Of a stretch of 64,000 nt of DNA, positions 30,181 through 43,550 are shown one piece after another. The notes beneath the pieces are model-generated. The model did not search any database. It worked only from the letters and a program-made list of their open reading frames with translations, and had not been told where the DNA came from. Location: positions 64,160 to 128,159 of the forward strand of contig SCTI01000002.1 in NCBI GenBank assembly GCA_004297735.1. The letters are read 5' to 3'. Source of the DNA: Patescibacteria group bacterium. Its GTDB lineage: Bacteria; Patescibacteriota; Saccharimonadia; UBA4664; SCTI01. The number at the start of each line of letters is the position of its first letter. Position 1 is the stretch's first letter. The translations under genes and the position numbers were made by a program.

Positions 30181-31974
30181 CTACAGAGTACGCTGGCGAG
30201 TCTCGGTGGTAAAGAACTCGAGACGATCGTCGACTTCAATTTTGGTGTTAATCGCCACGTTCAAGCCACACTGCTCACCTTCAACCACCTGCTTAACCTT
30301 GTTTTGCTCTTTTTGGACGTTGGTTATGCGACCGGTGGCAATCACCTCTTTGTCGCGCTTTACGCGCACCTGTACGTCTGGCTCAACCTTACCGGTGAGC
30401 ACCTCACCACCACAAATAACCTCGGCCTTGGTGGTCTTAAACACACCCAAAACCTTGAGTTCGCCGACCGGTAGCTCAATCACCTCCGGTGCCAGCATTT
30501 GGGTTAGAGCGGTGCGGACGTCATCAAGTAGCTCGTAAATAACTTTATATAGACGAATCTGAACCTTTTCGCGATTAGCCAACTGCTTAACCGCCGAACC
30601 AATTGAGACGTTAAAGCCCATTACTAGAGCGCCCGCGGTTGCGGCAAAATTAATGTCGGATTCACTAATGTCGCCAATGCCCTGGCTAACCACTTTGACC
30701 GCGACCTCATCGTTTTTAAGATCACCCAAGCTGGTAATAAGCGACTCCAGCGAACCCTGAACGTCGGCCTTTACCACCACGTTGAGCTCCTTAATTTTGC
30801 CGGCGCTAATGGCCTCGGTTAAATCACTGGCATCAATGCTTTTAACTCGCACCATGCTCTTAATTGAGTTTTGGCGCTGGTTGGCGACGCTACGATCGCG
30901 GGCGGTTTTTTCGTCGGCCACAGCGTAAAAGACGTTACCAAAGTCTGGCACCGCTTTAAATCCGGTCACCACCGCCGGCATACCCGGATCGGCTCCCTTG
31001 AGCTTCTTGCCCCGGTAGTCACCCAAGCTGCGAACCTTGGCGTAGGTGCTGCCACTAACGATGTAGTCGCCAACCGCCAAGTTGCCGTGCTGGACCAGAA
31101 TGGTGGCCACCGGACCACGACCGGTCTCGAGGTGCGACTCGATTACCACACCTTCAGATGGGCCGCTCGGGCGAGCCCGCAGCTCCTCCAGGTCGGCTAC
31201 CAGTAGCACCACATCAAGCAGCTTGTCGATGTTGGTACCGGCTTTGGCCGAAACATCAACCATTACGGTCTTACCGCCCCACTCTTCGGGCACCAGCTCT
31301 AACTCGCTCAGCTCCTGGCGTACTCGGTTGGGGTCTGCGCCCGGCTTATCAATCTTGTTAATTGCAATTACGATCTGAACGCCAGCCTCTTTAGCGTGAC
31401 GAATCGCCTCTTTGGTTTGCGGCTTTACGCCGTCATCGGCCGCCACCACAATAATGGCCACATCGGTTAAACGGGCGCCGTGAGCACGAATGGCCGAAAA
31501 GGCTTCGTGACCCGGAGTGTCCAAAAAGGTAATCCAGCGGTCCTTGCGCTTAATCTGGTAGGCACCAATGTGCTGAGTAATGCCGCCCGACTCACCGGAT
31601 ACAACGTTGGTTTGGCGAATAGCGTCAAGCAGCGAGGTTTTACCGTGGTCGACATGACCCATAACTGCAACAACCGGTGGACGAGTCTCGCCCTCGCCCT
31701 TGGCCAGCTTGGTAGCTCCCTCGGCCGGGCCATCCTGAGTCACCGCTTCGGCCTTAACCTCAAAACCAAGGTCGGAGCCAATAATGGCGGCGGTATCAAA
31801 ATCGATCTGCTCATTGATGGTAGCCATAACGCCGTTCTTCATTAGCTCGGCAATAACGCTGGTTACCGGGACTCCCAACTTACCGGCAAACTCACCCACC
31901 CCAATAATTGGGGCAATCTCAATTTGCTTGGTTGTGGTTGTTTCGGACATAAATTCACCTTCGATTCTGGCCAA
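30181..31974 (-). CDS. infB: Translation initiation factor IF-2 (short form; start likely ATG 31950)
   Basis: MGHVDHGKT, GGITQHIGAY, DTPGHEAF, NKID, KADVQGS. Confidence 0.97.
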   Translation of the reverse strand: MARIEGEFMSETTTTKQIEIAPIIGVGEFAGKLGVPVTSVIAELMKNGVMATINEQIDFDTAAIIGSDLGFEVKAEAVTQDGPAEGATKLAKGEGETRPPVVAVMGHVDHGKTSLLDAIRQTNVVSGESGGITQHIGAYQIKRKDRWITFLDTPGHEAFSAIRAHGARLTDVAIIVVAADDGVKPQTKEAIRHAKEAGVQIVIAINKIDKPGADPNRVRQELSELELVPEEWGGKTVMVDVSAKAGTNIDKLLDVVLLVADLEELRARPSGPSEGVVIESHLETGRGPVATILVQHGNLAVGDYIVSGSTYAKVRSLGDYRGKKLKGADPGMPAVVTGFKAVPDFGNVFYAVADEKTARDRSVANQRQNSIKSMVRVKSIDASDLTEAISAGKIKELNVVVKADVQGSLESLITSLGDLKNDEVAVKVVSQGIGDISESDINFAATAGALVMGFNVSIGSAVKQLANREKVQIRLYKVIYELLDDVRTALTQMLAPEVIELPVGELKVLGVFKTTKAEVICGGEVLTGKVEPDVQVRVKRDKEVIATGRITNVQKEQNKVKQVVEGEQCGLNVAINTKIEVDDRLEFFTTETRQRTL

Positions 31975-32152
31975 TTATGGCCGGTAGTTTGTTAGCGCAA
32001 GCGCTGCTGCAAGTGTAAAACCCGCGCCCCGGCTGATGGCCGGTGGTTTGAGTGTCGGCTAAAACCGTGCCACCCTGACGCACCCAGCGCTGCAGCTGCG
32101 CTTGAGGACGCTTGGTCCGGCAGACTCGACAGCTACGCTGCGGCTCCGCCAC
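31955..32152 (-). CDS. YlxR/RnpM family protein
   Basis: PQRSCRVCR...GRGFYTC....C; upstream of infB. Confidence 0.85.
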   Translation of the reverse strand: MAEPQRSCRVCRTKRPQAQLQRWVRQGGTVLADTQTTGHQPGRGFYTCSSACANKLPAIIGQNRR

Positions 32153-32157
32153 CGGGC

Positions 32158-33303
32158 CTACTCCTTATCGCTAGCGGCTTTAGTAGCAGTAGCTGGCTTA
32201 AGACTGAGGCTGAGCTTGTGGGCCTCGGGGTCGATGGCAATAATGCGGAACTTCTTCTTTTCGCCCACCTTAACCAGCTTGGTTGGGTCCTCAACGTGCT
32301 CGGTGCTGAGCTCGGAGATGTGAACCAGCGCCTCAACCACTGGTGTCACCTGGACAAAAGCCCCAAACGGAGTAATTCGAGTGATGGTACCCTCAACCTC
32401 AGAGCCGACTTTTAGGCCCTTAACCTCGTTAGCCCAGGGATCGTCCTGCAGCTGCTTCATGCTCAAGCTGAGCTTGTCGCGGTCAATCGAGATAATCTTG
32501 GCCTCGATCTCCTGGCCAACCTTAACGTACTTGGCCGGACTATCGACTCGATCCCAGGCAATCTCGGAGATGTGAACCAGCCCTTCGACGCCTTCGACGT
32601 TGACGAAGATACCAAAGTCAACCACACCGGTGACCACACCCTTAACGGTGGTGCCAACCTTCATTAGAGCGACTTTGCTCTCGGTGTCTTCGCGGCGGGC
32701 GGCTTTTTCGGATACGATCAACTTGTTGTCGCGACGATCCAAGTCGAGCACACGTACCTGAAGCGGCTTACCAACCAGCCCGGTTAGGCGGTTGTGAATC
32801 TCATCGCGATCGGCACCAGATACACGGGGGTAGTTTTCGGCGCTTAGCTGCGACACCGGCAAGAAGCCACGAATGCCTTCAACCTCAATTAAAAGGCCTC
32901 CCTTGTTGGCGTCAAATGGGCTGACTGGGAACACCTCGCCGCTATCTAGACGTTGCTGTAACGCCTCCCATCCCTTTTCTTTAGCTACCTTCTTAAGGCT
33001 GAGGATGGCGTAGCCATCATCGCTCTCCGGCTCAATAACGCCGGCGCTAATGGTGTCGCCAGGCTGAAGGTTGCCGGCCTGCTCAATTTCGCGACCGATC
33101 ACCAGACCGGTACCGCGCGGACCGAGATCTAGCCAGATCTCGTGCTTATCAGCAGCGATAATGCTGCCTTCAATCACATCGCCGGACGACATTGCCGGAA
33201 CGCTATGATCAGCGAGCAGCTCCTCCATGGTTAGTTTGGTTGATTTTTTAGTTGTGGTTGGCACTGTATACAATACTTCCTTGTGTTGAGATTTCACCGA
33301 CAA
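32158..33303 (-). CDS. rpsA: 30S ribosomal protein S1 (4 S1 domains; start likely GTG ~33264)
   Basis: NKGGLL, GFLPVSQ, FGIFV..EGLVHISE, FGAFV..EALVHISE. Confidence 0.92.
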   Translation of the reverse strand: MSVKSQHKEVLYTVPTTTKKSTKLTMEELLADHSVPAMSSGDVIEGSIIAADKHEIWLDLGPRGTGLVIGREIEQAGNLQPGDTISAGVIEPESDDGYAILSLKKVAKEKGWEALQQRLDSGEVFPVSPFDANKGGLLIEVEGIRGFLPVSQLSAENYPRVSGADRDEIHNRLTGLVGKPLQVRVLDLDRRDNKLIVSEKAARREDTESKVALMKVGTTVKGVVTGVVDFGIFVNVEGVEGLVHISEIAWDRVDSPAKYVKVGQEIEAKIISIDRDKLSLSMKQLQDDPWANEVKGLKVGSEVEGTITRITPFGAFVQVTPVVEALVHISELSTEHVEDPTKLVKVGEKKKFRIIAIDPEAHKLSLSLKPATATKAASDKE

Positions 33304-33378
33304 ACCGTCAGTCAGCCGCCAAAACCGCCGTAATGGCGGTTTTTGACAATAGAAGACACTCCACGTCAGTGATTAAGG

Positions 33379-33861
33379 TTATTGTACCCTATCTATTGCT
33401 CCAGGTAAAGAGAGTGCTTGACGACGGCTTCGGCGATACGCCCAAGCCATAACAATCGTTGCGGTTAGACCGACTGTGGTACTAAACTCTCCCCCGGTTT
33501 TAGGAGTGGTGGCAACTCCAGCTGGCACCGCTGCGTGCGCACCGGTAGCCGGAGTGGTTGTGGTGCCTGCAGGAGCTGGCTTGGTAGTAGCTCCGGCGGT
33601 TGGCTGACCACTTTTTTGGGTTGAACCGGTTGAGCCGCTCGTACCACTGTTGCCGCCCGAAGTGCTCGACTGACCCGACTTAGACTGATCGGTCTGGTTC
33701 TTATTTTGATCCTGGCTAGCGGTTTGCTCTTGCTTGGTGGTTTGGCTGGCCTGGTTATTCTTATCTTGACGCTGTTGGCTGCCATACAAAAAGGTAGCTG
33801 CCACCACTACTGCAACCAGCAGTAGTCCGGCAATAGTGGTTAAAAGCTCTCTCCGCCTCAT
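33379..33861 (-). CDS. Membrane protein with Gln/Ser/Thr-rich linker and LPXTG-like (TPKTG) C-terminal signal
   Basis: AAGGAGG before ATG 33861; N-terminal TM; TPKTG + hydrophobic segment + RRSRR. Confidence 0.7.
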   Translation of the reverse strand: MRRRELLTTIAGLLLVAVVVAATFLYGSQQRQDKNNQASQTTKQEQTASQDQNKNQTDQSKSGQSSTSGGNSGTSGSTGSTQKSGQPTAGATTKPAPAGTTTTPATGAHAAVPAGVATTPKTGGEFSTTVGLTATIVMAWAYRRSRRQALSLPGAIDRVQ

Positions 33862-34135
33862 AATGATCCTCCTTACAGCGGCCGCCTCGCTTGTCTCACT
33901 AATATCTGCCCGCAGTATAAAACCGGTGGCCCATAAAAACAACAAAAAATCTCACCAATACGTCAAGATGGGGTCCGGAGAAAACAGGAAATACAAGGAG
34001 GTGAGCACTCATATATGCCTGCCACTCTGGGCCCCATCTCAACCTACTGATGAGATAATGGCAGATAATAACATAATGACCGCACCTTGTCAAAGGATGG
34101 TGGCCTGTCTCAACCTTAAGCGTTATACTAGAACC

Positions 34136-34975
34136 ATGTATATTGGCGTAGATATTGGCGGCTCAAAGATCTTGGTGGTGGCAGGAAATGCCAAGCACCA
34201 GATCCTGCGCCAACAAAAAATAAAAACCCCCGAAGACGGGCATCAGGGTGTAATTGAGATTATCCACTTAATCGAGCAGGTTGCCGCCGGCGATGAGATT
34301 AAAAGCATCATTGTGGCTTCGGCCGGGCCCCTCGACTTTAAGAATGGCTGTATTCGCGAGAGCTCACCCAACATGCATGGCTGGCGTGGCACTAAGCTGA
34401 TTGAACCAATCAAGAACCACTTCAAGCGCCCCACCGAGCTGGTGGCCGATACCGCGGCGGCGGCGGTTACTGAAGCCACCATTGGCGCCGCCAAAGGCGA
34501 GGAGTTTGTTTTGTATGTCACCATCAGCACCGGGGTTGGAGCGGCGTTAGTAGCCGGCGGCGAGGCCTACCAGGGCGTAACCGGTATTGAGGCTGGTCAT
34601 ATTATTATCGACCCGGACGGTCCGCCTTGCGGCTGCGGCGGGCGCGGTCACTTTGAGGCCATGGTTAGCGGCAAAGCCATCAAAAAGAAGTACGGTTTGT
34701 TTGGCTACCAGATTACCGACCCTAAGATCTGGGATGAAATTGCGGCCACCATGGCACTCGGATTTCACAGCTTAATCGTCAGCTACTCCCCTTCCGTCAT
34801 AGTGATTGGCGGTGGAGTTGGGGTTCACTACGCCAAGTTTCATGACTTTTTAATGAAGCATTTGGCCGAGCTACATCCACTCTATCCTCTACCAGAAATC
34901 CGCCAGGCCAAGTACATTGAAACTGCGGTGGCCTACGGTGCCCTAATTTTGGCAGCGCAGCATTACAGTAGCTAG
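34136..34975 (+). CDS. ROK family sugar kinase
   Basis: IGVDIGGSK, ISTGVG, EAGH..I, CGCGGRGHFE; start ATG 34136 directly after TATACT. Confidence 0.92.
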   Translation: MYIGVDIGGSKILVVAGNAKHQILRQQKIKTPEDGHQGVIEIIHLIEQVAAGDEIKSIIVASAGPLDFKNGCIRESSPNMHGWRGTKLIEPIKNHFKRPTELVADTAAAAVTEATIGAAKGEEFVLYVTISTGVGAALVAGGEAYQGVTGIEAGHIIIDPDGPPCGCGGRGHFEAMVSGKAIKKKYGLFGYQITDPKIWDEIAATMALGFHSLIVSYSPSVIVIGGGVGVHYAKFHDFLMKHLAELHPLYPLPEIRQAKYIETAVAYGALILAAQHYSS

Positions 34976-35196
34976 TGGCTCTTCTAGTGGCTCCGCAACT
35001 GGCTACTTCACTCACTATCACGTTCGTTGCGTAGGCAGTTGCTTCGCCATCATATCGGAGCGCAGTTTGTGCCTCCGCAGTGAGCGTGGTAGCGAACGCA
35101 GGAGCCACAAACGGAGCGACCGGCGGAGGCAAGCTAACCGCTTATGCTTGCTGTAGGGTTTTGAGCGGGCGTATAGTAGATTCATAACGCAGGAGG

Positions 35197-35697
35197 GTGC
35201 GCTTGCAGGGCATTATTAACGACTTCCCCCAGTTTGAGTTTGTAGCCGGCTCAATCTTTGTCTGGTCACCTCAGTATCAGGCGATCATGTACGATCGCAA
35301 GCGAATTCGCAGCAATGAAGGGCGCTTAGCGCTGCTTCACGAAATCAGCCACGCCGTTTTAGGGCATCGCATTTACAAGTACGATATCGAATTGATTGCC
35401 ATGGAGGTCGACGCCTGGGAGAAGACCCGCGAACTAGCCCAAAAGTACCAGGTAACGGTAGACGAAGAGCATATCGCCGAATGCATCGCTAGCTACGACC
35501 ACTGGATTACCAAGCGTTCAACCTGTCCCGACTGCGACAGCTTTTGCCTGCAGCAAGCTCGCGACCAGTACCGCTGCTTTGCCTGTGGGGCGGTCTGGGA
35601 GGTCAACTGGCGCAAAGATCGCCGAGTCACCCGCCGAGTGGTTGATCGCGAAATCCACCGCGCGGCTCTCCCTCTGCAGTTCGCTGAGCGTAAATAA
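35197..35697 (+). CDS. ImmA/IrrE-like HExxH metallopeptidase with C-terminal Zn ribbon
   Basis: LLHEISH, E.DAW, CPDC...CFAC; AGGAGG SD. Confidence 0.75.
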   Translation: MRLQGIINDFPQFEFVAGSIFVWSPQYQAIMYDRKRIRSNEGRLALLHEISHAVLGHRIYKYDIELIAMEVDAWEKTRELAQKYQVTVDEEHIAECIASYDHWITKRSTCPDCDSFCLQQARDQYRCFACGAVWEVNWRKDRRVTRRVVDREIHRAALPLQFAERK

Positions 35698-35712
35698 TTA
35701 GCTGCCACCAAC

Positions 35713-35744
35713 ACCAAAAACCCCTTCGAGTGAAGGGGTTTTTG
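35713..35744. terminator. Bidirectional terminator
   Basis: CCAAAAACCCCTT...AAGGGGTTTTTGG between convergent genes. Confidence 0.8.
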
Positions 35745-35766
35745 GTTGACTTAATTAGTCGCTAAA

Positions 35767-35976
35767 TTAGCTAGCGTCTGAAGCGCTGGCCTTGCGGCGG
35801 CGCGAACGCTGACCGCCAACACGACCGGCCTGACGAGCCAGTTCGGGGTTCTTAGCAAAACCACCACCGCGGCTCTTACGACCACCGATGCGACCAATAG
35901 TCTGGTAGAAGTTGGTGCCGTAGCGCTGCTTGTTGGTAATAGCGGCGGCAATACCACCCATCTTTGTACCTGACAT
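35767..35976 (-). CDS. KGG-repeat-like small basic stress protein
   Basis: MSGTKMGG...FYQTIGRIGG...GGFA.NPELARQAGRVGG. Confidence 0.8.
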   Translation of the reverse strand: MSGTKMGGIAAAITNKQRYGTNFYQTIGRIGGRKSRGGGFAKNPELARQAGRVGGQRSRRRKASASDAS

Positions 35977-36200
35977 AACTTAATCTCCATTTAGTGCTTA
36001 GTCTTCATTGTGCCAAAAACGGCACTCAACCGCTTTGGCTTTTTTACCAAAAGCGTTTCGATAAAAACGAACCATCTTTTGGGAAAAACATCATAAGAGG
36101 TTTAGACAATTGCTATACTATCATATTATGCTTATGTTGTCAACTATTGCTGGGCTGATTTTGTATACACCCTTGGCGGCGCTTTGCATCACGGCTATAC

Positions 36201-36713
36201 TTGAGCACGAATATGACTCAACTGATATTAATTTTAGATGATTTGCGCAGCACCGCTAACGTTGGCTCCATCCTTCGTAGTGCCGATAGCTTTGCGGTTG
36301 AGCTAGTCTATGCCTGCGGCTCTACTCCTTATCCACGGCTGGTTAAAGATGAGCGTGACCCGGTGGTTATCAATCGCAATAGCCGAGCAATTGCTCGAGC
36401 CGCGTTGGGCGCCGAACAGACCGTTAGGGTTGAACACATCGATAGCTCAATCGCCGCTATTGAGGCGTGTCGCCAAAATGGCTGGACAATAATTGGGCTC
36501 GAACAAGACGCAAATGCCACTCCAATGCACCAATTTAAGCCGCCTCAAAAAACTGCGCTGGTAGTGGGTGCGGAGGTCACCGGTTTGAGCCAAGCCACCA
36601 AAATGGCCTGCGACCAGCTAGTTGAGATCGCTCAATTCGGTAGTAAAGAGTCGCTCAACGTAGCGGTGGCTACCGGCATCGCCTTGTACCGGCTACGTTC
36701 AGAATCTGTCTGA
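36201..36713 (+). CDS. TrmH/SpoU family RNA methyltransferase
   Basis: NVGSILRSAD, VVGAEVTG, ESLNVAVA. Confidence 0.92.
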   Translation: MSTNMTQLILILDDLRSTANVGSILRSADSFAVELVYACGSTPYPRLVKDERDPVVINRNSRAIARAALGAEQTVRVEHIDSSIAAIEACRQNGWTIIGLEQDANATPMHQFKPPQKTALVVGAEVTGLSQATKMACDQLVEIAQFGSKESLNVAVATGIALYRLRSESV

Positions 36714-37558
36714 GCCGCTAACATTAAACTATCGTGTTCACGTTCCATCCAAAAGGCGTTTGCACGGATAAACTGCTTTGCCATTGGTAGCGTATCGGCT
36801 ATGTGCTGAATATGCTGGGCGTAGACCTCCCGATTTGGGTTGCCTAGCTGCTGCTTAAGCATAATGGTGTAGCTCCGGTCCACCTCAACCAGCCGCTCAA
36901 GTAGCTGAGACAACTCAACCGGCGCTAGTTTACGGTAAGCCTTAATCACCCCAGCCTTCGAATCATCAACCAGCTCTACCCCCTTAAGGTCCAGCAAGCT
37001 ACGAACCGAGTTAACCGCTACCTCGAGACCCTTGGTTAGCACCTCAATATGACGCTTATCCTCCATATCAACCGAGGTGAGATCATCAATTGCTTTGCCG
37101 ACATAGCGCAGTTTAAAGCTAAGATACTCCGCCGCATCGCCATAGGCGTTATAAAAATCGGTTCGCAGCAGCGGCAAAAAGTTTTGCTTAATCAAGCCAC
37201 CCTGCTGCACCACATTGCTAAGATGCTGGTAGAAGCCATAGCTGATGGTATGAAATCGGGTTTGAGCAATGATGGTGTCAACTAAAATGACCGCCAGATC
37301 CAGGTGGCGGTCGGCGCAGCGCTGGCGGAGGCCGGCTATGGCCTGGCGAGCTGACGCCGTATCACGGTAGTATATGACCAGGTCGATGTCGCTTCTTAGG
37401 TTGTGCGTGCCATGAATGATTGAGCCGGCCACAATGGCTCCTATAATATCTTCGCAGCCTTCAACGGTCTGCCAAATGTCTTGTTTGCCGGCGCGAAAAT
37501 CGGCGTCTTGCGGCACCCGTTTTGCGACCACTTCGGAATAACGAAAAACTCGACCCAT
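36632..37558 (-). CDS. Pol-beta superfamily nucleotidyltransferase with helical C-domain
   Basis: AGSIIHG.....SDIDL motif; AGGGGAG SD. Confidence 0.7.
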   Translation of the reverse strand: MGRVFRYSEVVAKRVPQDADFRAGKQDIWQTVEGCEDIIGAIVAGSIIHGTHNLRSDIDLVIYYRDTASARQAIAGLRQRCADRHLDLAVILVDTIIAQTRFHTISYGFYQHLSNVVQQGGLIKQNFLPLLRTDFYNAYGDAAEYLSFKLRYVGKAIDDLTSVDMEDKRHIEVLTKGLEVAVNSVRSLLDLKGVELVDDSKAGVIKAYRKLAPVELSQLLERLVEVDRSYTIMLKQQLGNPNREVYAQHIQHIADTLPMAKQFIRANAFWMEREHDSLMLAAQTDSERSRYKAMPVATATLSDSLLPN

Positions 37559-37710
37559 AACCGGTAACTCCCCTTACGCTTATTATTATAGGCACGTTAA
37601 TTCCGCTTACGCTAGTCAAAAATGTTTACCTGGGAAAAGAATTGATAATTACTAATTGAGGTGCCGCGCCTGGTTGGCGCAGCACCTCTAAAGCCGATCA
37701 GCGGTGGCGA

Positions 37711-38058
37711 CTACTGGATCCTGGTAACCGTTCCGTCGCGGTTGAGTCGCCAGTACAGCCGAGAGCGACCGCGCGTTTTGGCGACAACACTCCCGGCCGC
37801 GACGATCTCGCCGGCGAACTCTCCGGTGGCGCCGGCTGCCGACACGTACTGAGTGGTGCCACTGCCAGGAAGGCCGCGCCCAACGACTTGCTTGGCCCGA
37901 CTGGTCAGCTGGTTCGGGTCGACTCCCTCCCTGCAGAGCACCCGTCGGCAGACGCCAACGCGGTTGACGGCTGATCTGCCGGGGCGGTCCTGCCTCCTTG
38001 CAGCGCTACTTCGAGCGGCCCCGCCTTCGAGCAGCTCGTCGCGCAACTGGCTGTTCAT
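37711..38058 (-). CDS. Orphan Arg/Gly-rich protein, 115 aa
   Basis: GAAGGAG SD before ATG 38058; GC-rich; promoter-like TTGTGC-18-TATAAA. Confidence 0.6.
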   Translation of the reverse strand: MNSQLRDELLEGGAARSSAARRQDRPGRSAVNRVGVCRRVLCREGVDPNQLTSRAKQVVGRGLPGSGTTQYVSAAGATGEFAGEIVAAGSVVAKTRGRSRLYWRLNRDGTVTRIQ

Positions 38059-38221
38059 GAACTCTCCTTCTGGTTGCAAAACCGGTGGATACTCTTTTAT
38101 ACCTTGCAATCGAGTATAAGCACAAGCTTTATTTAATACAAACTCACCTTGACACCAGATCGTAACAGATGTAGCTTAGAGGCAAGCATAAGCATTAATT
38201 CACGACGTTAGGGTCGCGTTC

Positions 38222-40102
38222 ATGCCAAAAACCAAAACCAACCATCATCCCGACCATCCCGTCTCCGAGGTTTACTTTCCGCTCAAGCCACGAATGAAGC
38301 TGGGTCGTCGAACCGCTAGCTGGCTAATGGCCACCTTTGCCCTGGTCGGAGTGGTGACAATTTGGACCAGCGCCGCGGCCACTAAGCCCCTGGTAACGCT
38401 ACAGGCCGAACAAATGAAGCCGGACCGCTCGTCGGTATTCGCCTTTTACGATCAAAGGGCGGTCGGCAAGGCCGCTACGGTGATGTTTGGTAACTCAACC
38501 ATTACCACCACCAACGTCCAGCTAAGCCAGGAGGCGCAGGAGGTCACAATCCGGGCACGTAGCCAGCGGTGTTTGGGTTCGCCGCAGCTACAGCTCAAAG
38601 TTGATAACAAGGCGGTCGGTATGGCAACGGTATCGGCCAGCGGCTATAGCGAGTACCGCATTGCCACCAAGATTCCAGCCGGAACCCACACCATTGGTGC
38701 GAGCTTCATTAATGATTACTACAACTGGGGGCGTCACTGTGATCGCAATTTGATTATCGATCAAATAGAGATTCGTGGTGCTTCGCTGGTTAGCTCAATC
38801 CCTACCCCGCCGGTAATTATTGCGCCCCACGATACCGATAAGGATGGTGTGGCCGATACCACCGACGGCTGCGATACTCAACCGGGTCCGGCCACCAATC
38901 AGGGTTGCCCATTACAGCAAACCGGTGTCCAAGCTAAGACCGCCGGGAGCTTTATTGATAGCATTGGCGTTAACACCCATATCGGGTATGGCTCCTACCC
39001 TTACAACGACATTCAAAAGGTTAAGGATGGTCTGCAAAAGCTCGGCATTCGCAACGTGCGTGATGGCGACTATCTCAACAATCCAACCGGACAGGCTCGG
39101 CTAAAGACCCTATTTGATGCCGGTATTAAAACCGACCTATTGACCAACAGTGACGATCTGGTGGCTACACTCAATAATATTAAAAGCTACCCCCAAGGCA
39201 AGGTAGCTGCTCTTGAAGGCATTAACGAGCCGGACTGCTTCTTGAAGGATAAGCGTAGCGATTGGGTTGAGTTTACCCGTAACTACCAAAAAGACTTTTG
39301 GAATCGAGTTAAGAACGATGCTACCTTGCAAAATGCCGATATCCTCAGCCCCGCCTACTGTCGCGCCGAGACCGCCGCTACAGTTGGCGACCTGAGTCCC
39401 TACTTTGAATATAGCGCCATTCATCCCTACCCTGGCGGCTGGGCGCCAGAAAAAGCCATTGCCGACCAGCTTAAGCTATCGGCCTCGGCTAGCGGCGGCA
39501 AGCCGTTCTACGCCACCGAAACCGGCTACCATAATGCAATCTATACTCAGTCGGGGCACAACCCCGCCACCCAGAGGGCCAGTGGTATCTACATGCCTCG
39601 CCTATTCCTGAGCTACTATCTGGCCGGGATTAAGCGCACCTACAGCTATGAGCTGGTCGACCAGCGCCCTGCCAACACCTGGAATTTGATCTTTGACCAC
39701 GAAGGCAACTTTGGAATGCTCAACTATAACTTTAGTGAGAAGCCGGCTGGAGCTGCAATTCGCCGACTGACCACCCTGCTGGGTGATACCAACACCAACT
39801 TCCAGCCCGGCAAGCTCGACTACAGTGTTAGCGGCGACACCTCCAACCTGCAACAGCTGCTGGTGCAGCGTCCTAATGGTACCTTCTACCTGGTGCTGTG
39901 GCGTACCGATAGCGTTTGGGATGTACCAACCCGACGCGACCTCCCGATTGTTAACAAACCCTTAACCGTTAAGGTTGGTAATGAGGCTCGCAACGTTAAG
40001 GTTTATAACATCAACACCGGCGATGCTCCAACCATCACAGCCAAGGTGGCACAGCTCCAACTCAACCTCGGCCCCGAGGTACAGATACTCGAAATACAAT
40101 AA
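38222..40102 (+). CDS. Membrane-anchored/secreted clan GH-A glycoside hydrolase with carbohydrate-binding module and TSP3-like repeat
   Basis: N-terminal TM; FIND....DRNL.ID CBM-like; D.D.DGV.D..D.C..QPG....GCP; EGINEP and ATETGYH catalytic motifs. Confidence 0.75.
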   Translation: MPKTKTNHHPDHPVSEVYFPLKPRMKLGRRTASWLMATFALVGVVTIWTSAAATKPLVTLQAEQMKPDRSSVFAFYDQRAVGKAATVMFGNSTITTTNVQLSQEAQEVTIRARSQRCLGSPQLQLKVDNKAVGMATVSASGYSEYRIATKIPAGTHTIGASFINDYYNWGRHCDRNLIIDQIEIRGASLVSSIPTPPVIIAPHDTDKDGVADTTDGCDTQPGPATNQGCPLQQTGVQAKTAGSFIDSIGVNTHIGYGSYPYNDIQKVKDGLQKLGIRNVRDGDYLNNPTGQARLKTLFDAGIKTDLLTNSDDLVATLNNIKSYPQGKVAALEGINEPDCFLKDKRSDWVEFTRNYQKDFWNRVKNDATLQNADILSPAYCRAETAATVGDLSPYFEYSAIHPYPGGWAPEKAIADQLKLSASASGGKPFYATETGYHNAIYTQSGHNPATQRASGIYMPRLFLSYYLAGIKRTYSYELVDQRPANTWNLIFDHEGNFGMLNYNFSEKPAGAAIRRLTTLLGDTNTNFQPGKLDYSVSGDTSNLQQLLVQRPNGTFYLVLWRTDSVWDVPTRRDLPIVNKPLTVKVGNEARNVKVYNINTGDAPTITAKVAQLQLNLGPEVQILEIQ

Positions 40103-40159
40103 TAAAAAGCCTAAATCGGCACACAAAAAGAGCTCGCATAAACGAGCTCTTTTTGAAAA

Positions 40160-40266
40160 TCCGGCACCGACCTACTTTCCCCATAAAGAGTATCATCGGC
40201 GCTGAGGAGCTTAACTTCGGTGTTCGGGATGGGAACCGGTGTGGCCTCCTCGCTAAAAGCACCGGG
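40160..40266 (-). rRNA. rrf: 5S rRNA
   Basis: Reverse complement contains CCCATCCCGAACAC, GAAGTTAAG, GAAAGTAGGTCG; downstream of 23S. Confidence 0.93.
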
Positions 40267-40387
40267 CTACCAGCTAAACACGTGGTTTAACCGGTGGCCC
40301 GAAGCTGTTAGGCTTGCGGGTTGTAACTTATGCATGGGTGCTATGGTGTTTTATACACCACACACCGCTCGTCAAACTTCATAAAAA

Positions 40388-43550
<3,163 letters not shown>

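Noticed and set aside
33836-34135. 100-aa N-terminal extension of the ROK protein
   Set aside because: Overlaps the divergent gene and intergenic DNA; the ROK fold starts at ATG 34136 after a -10 box
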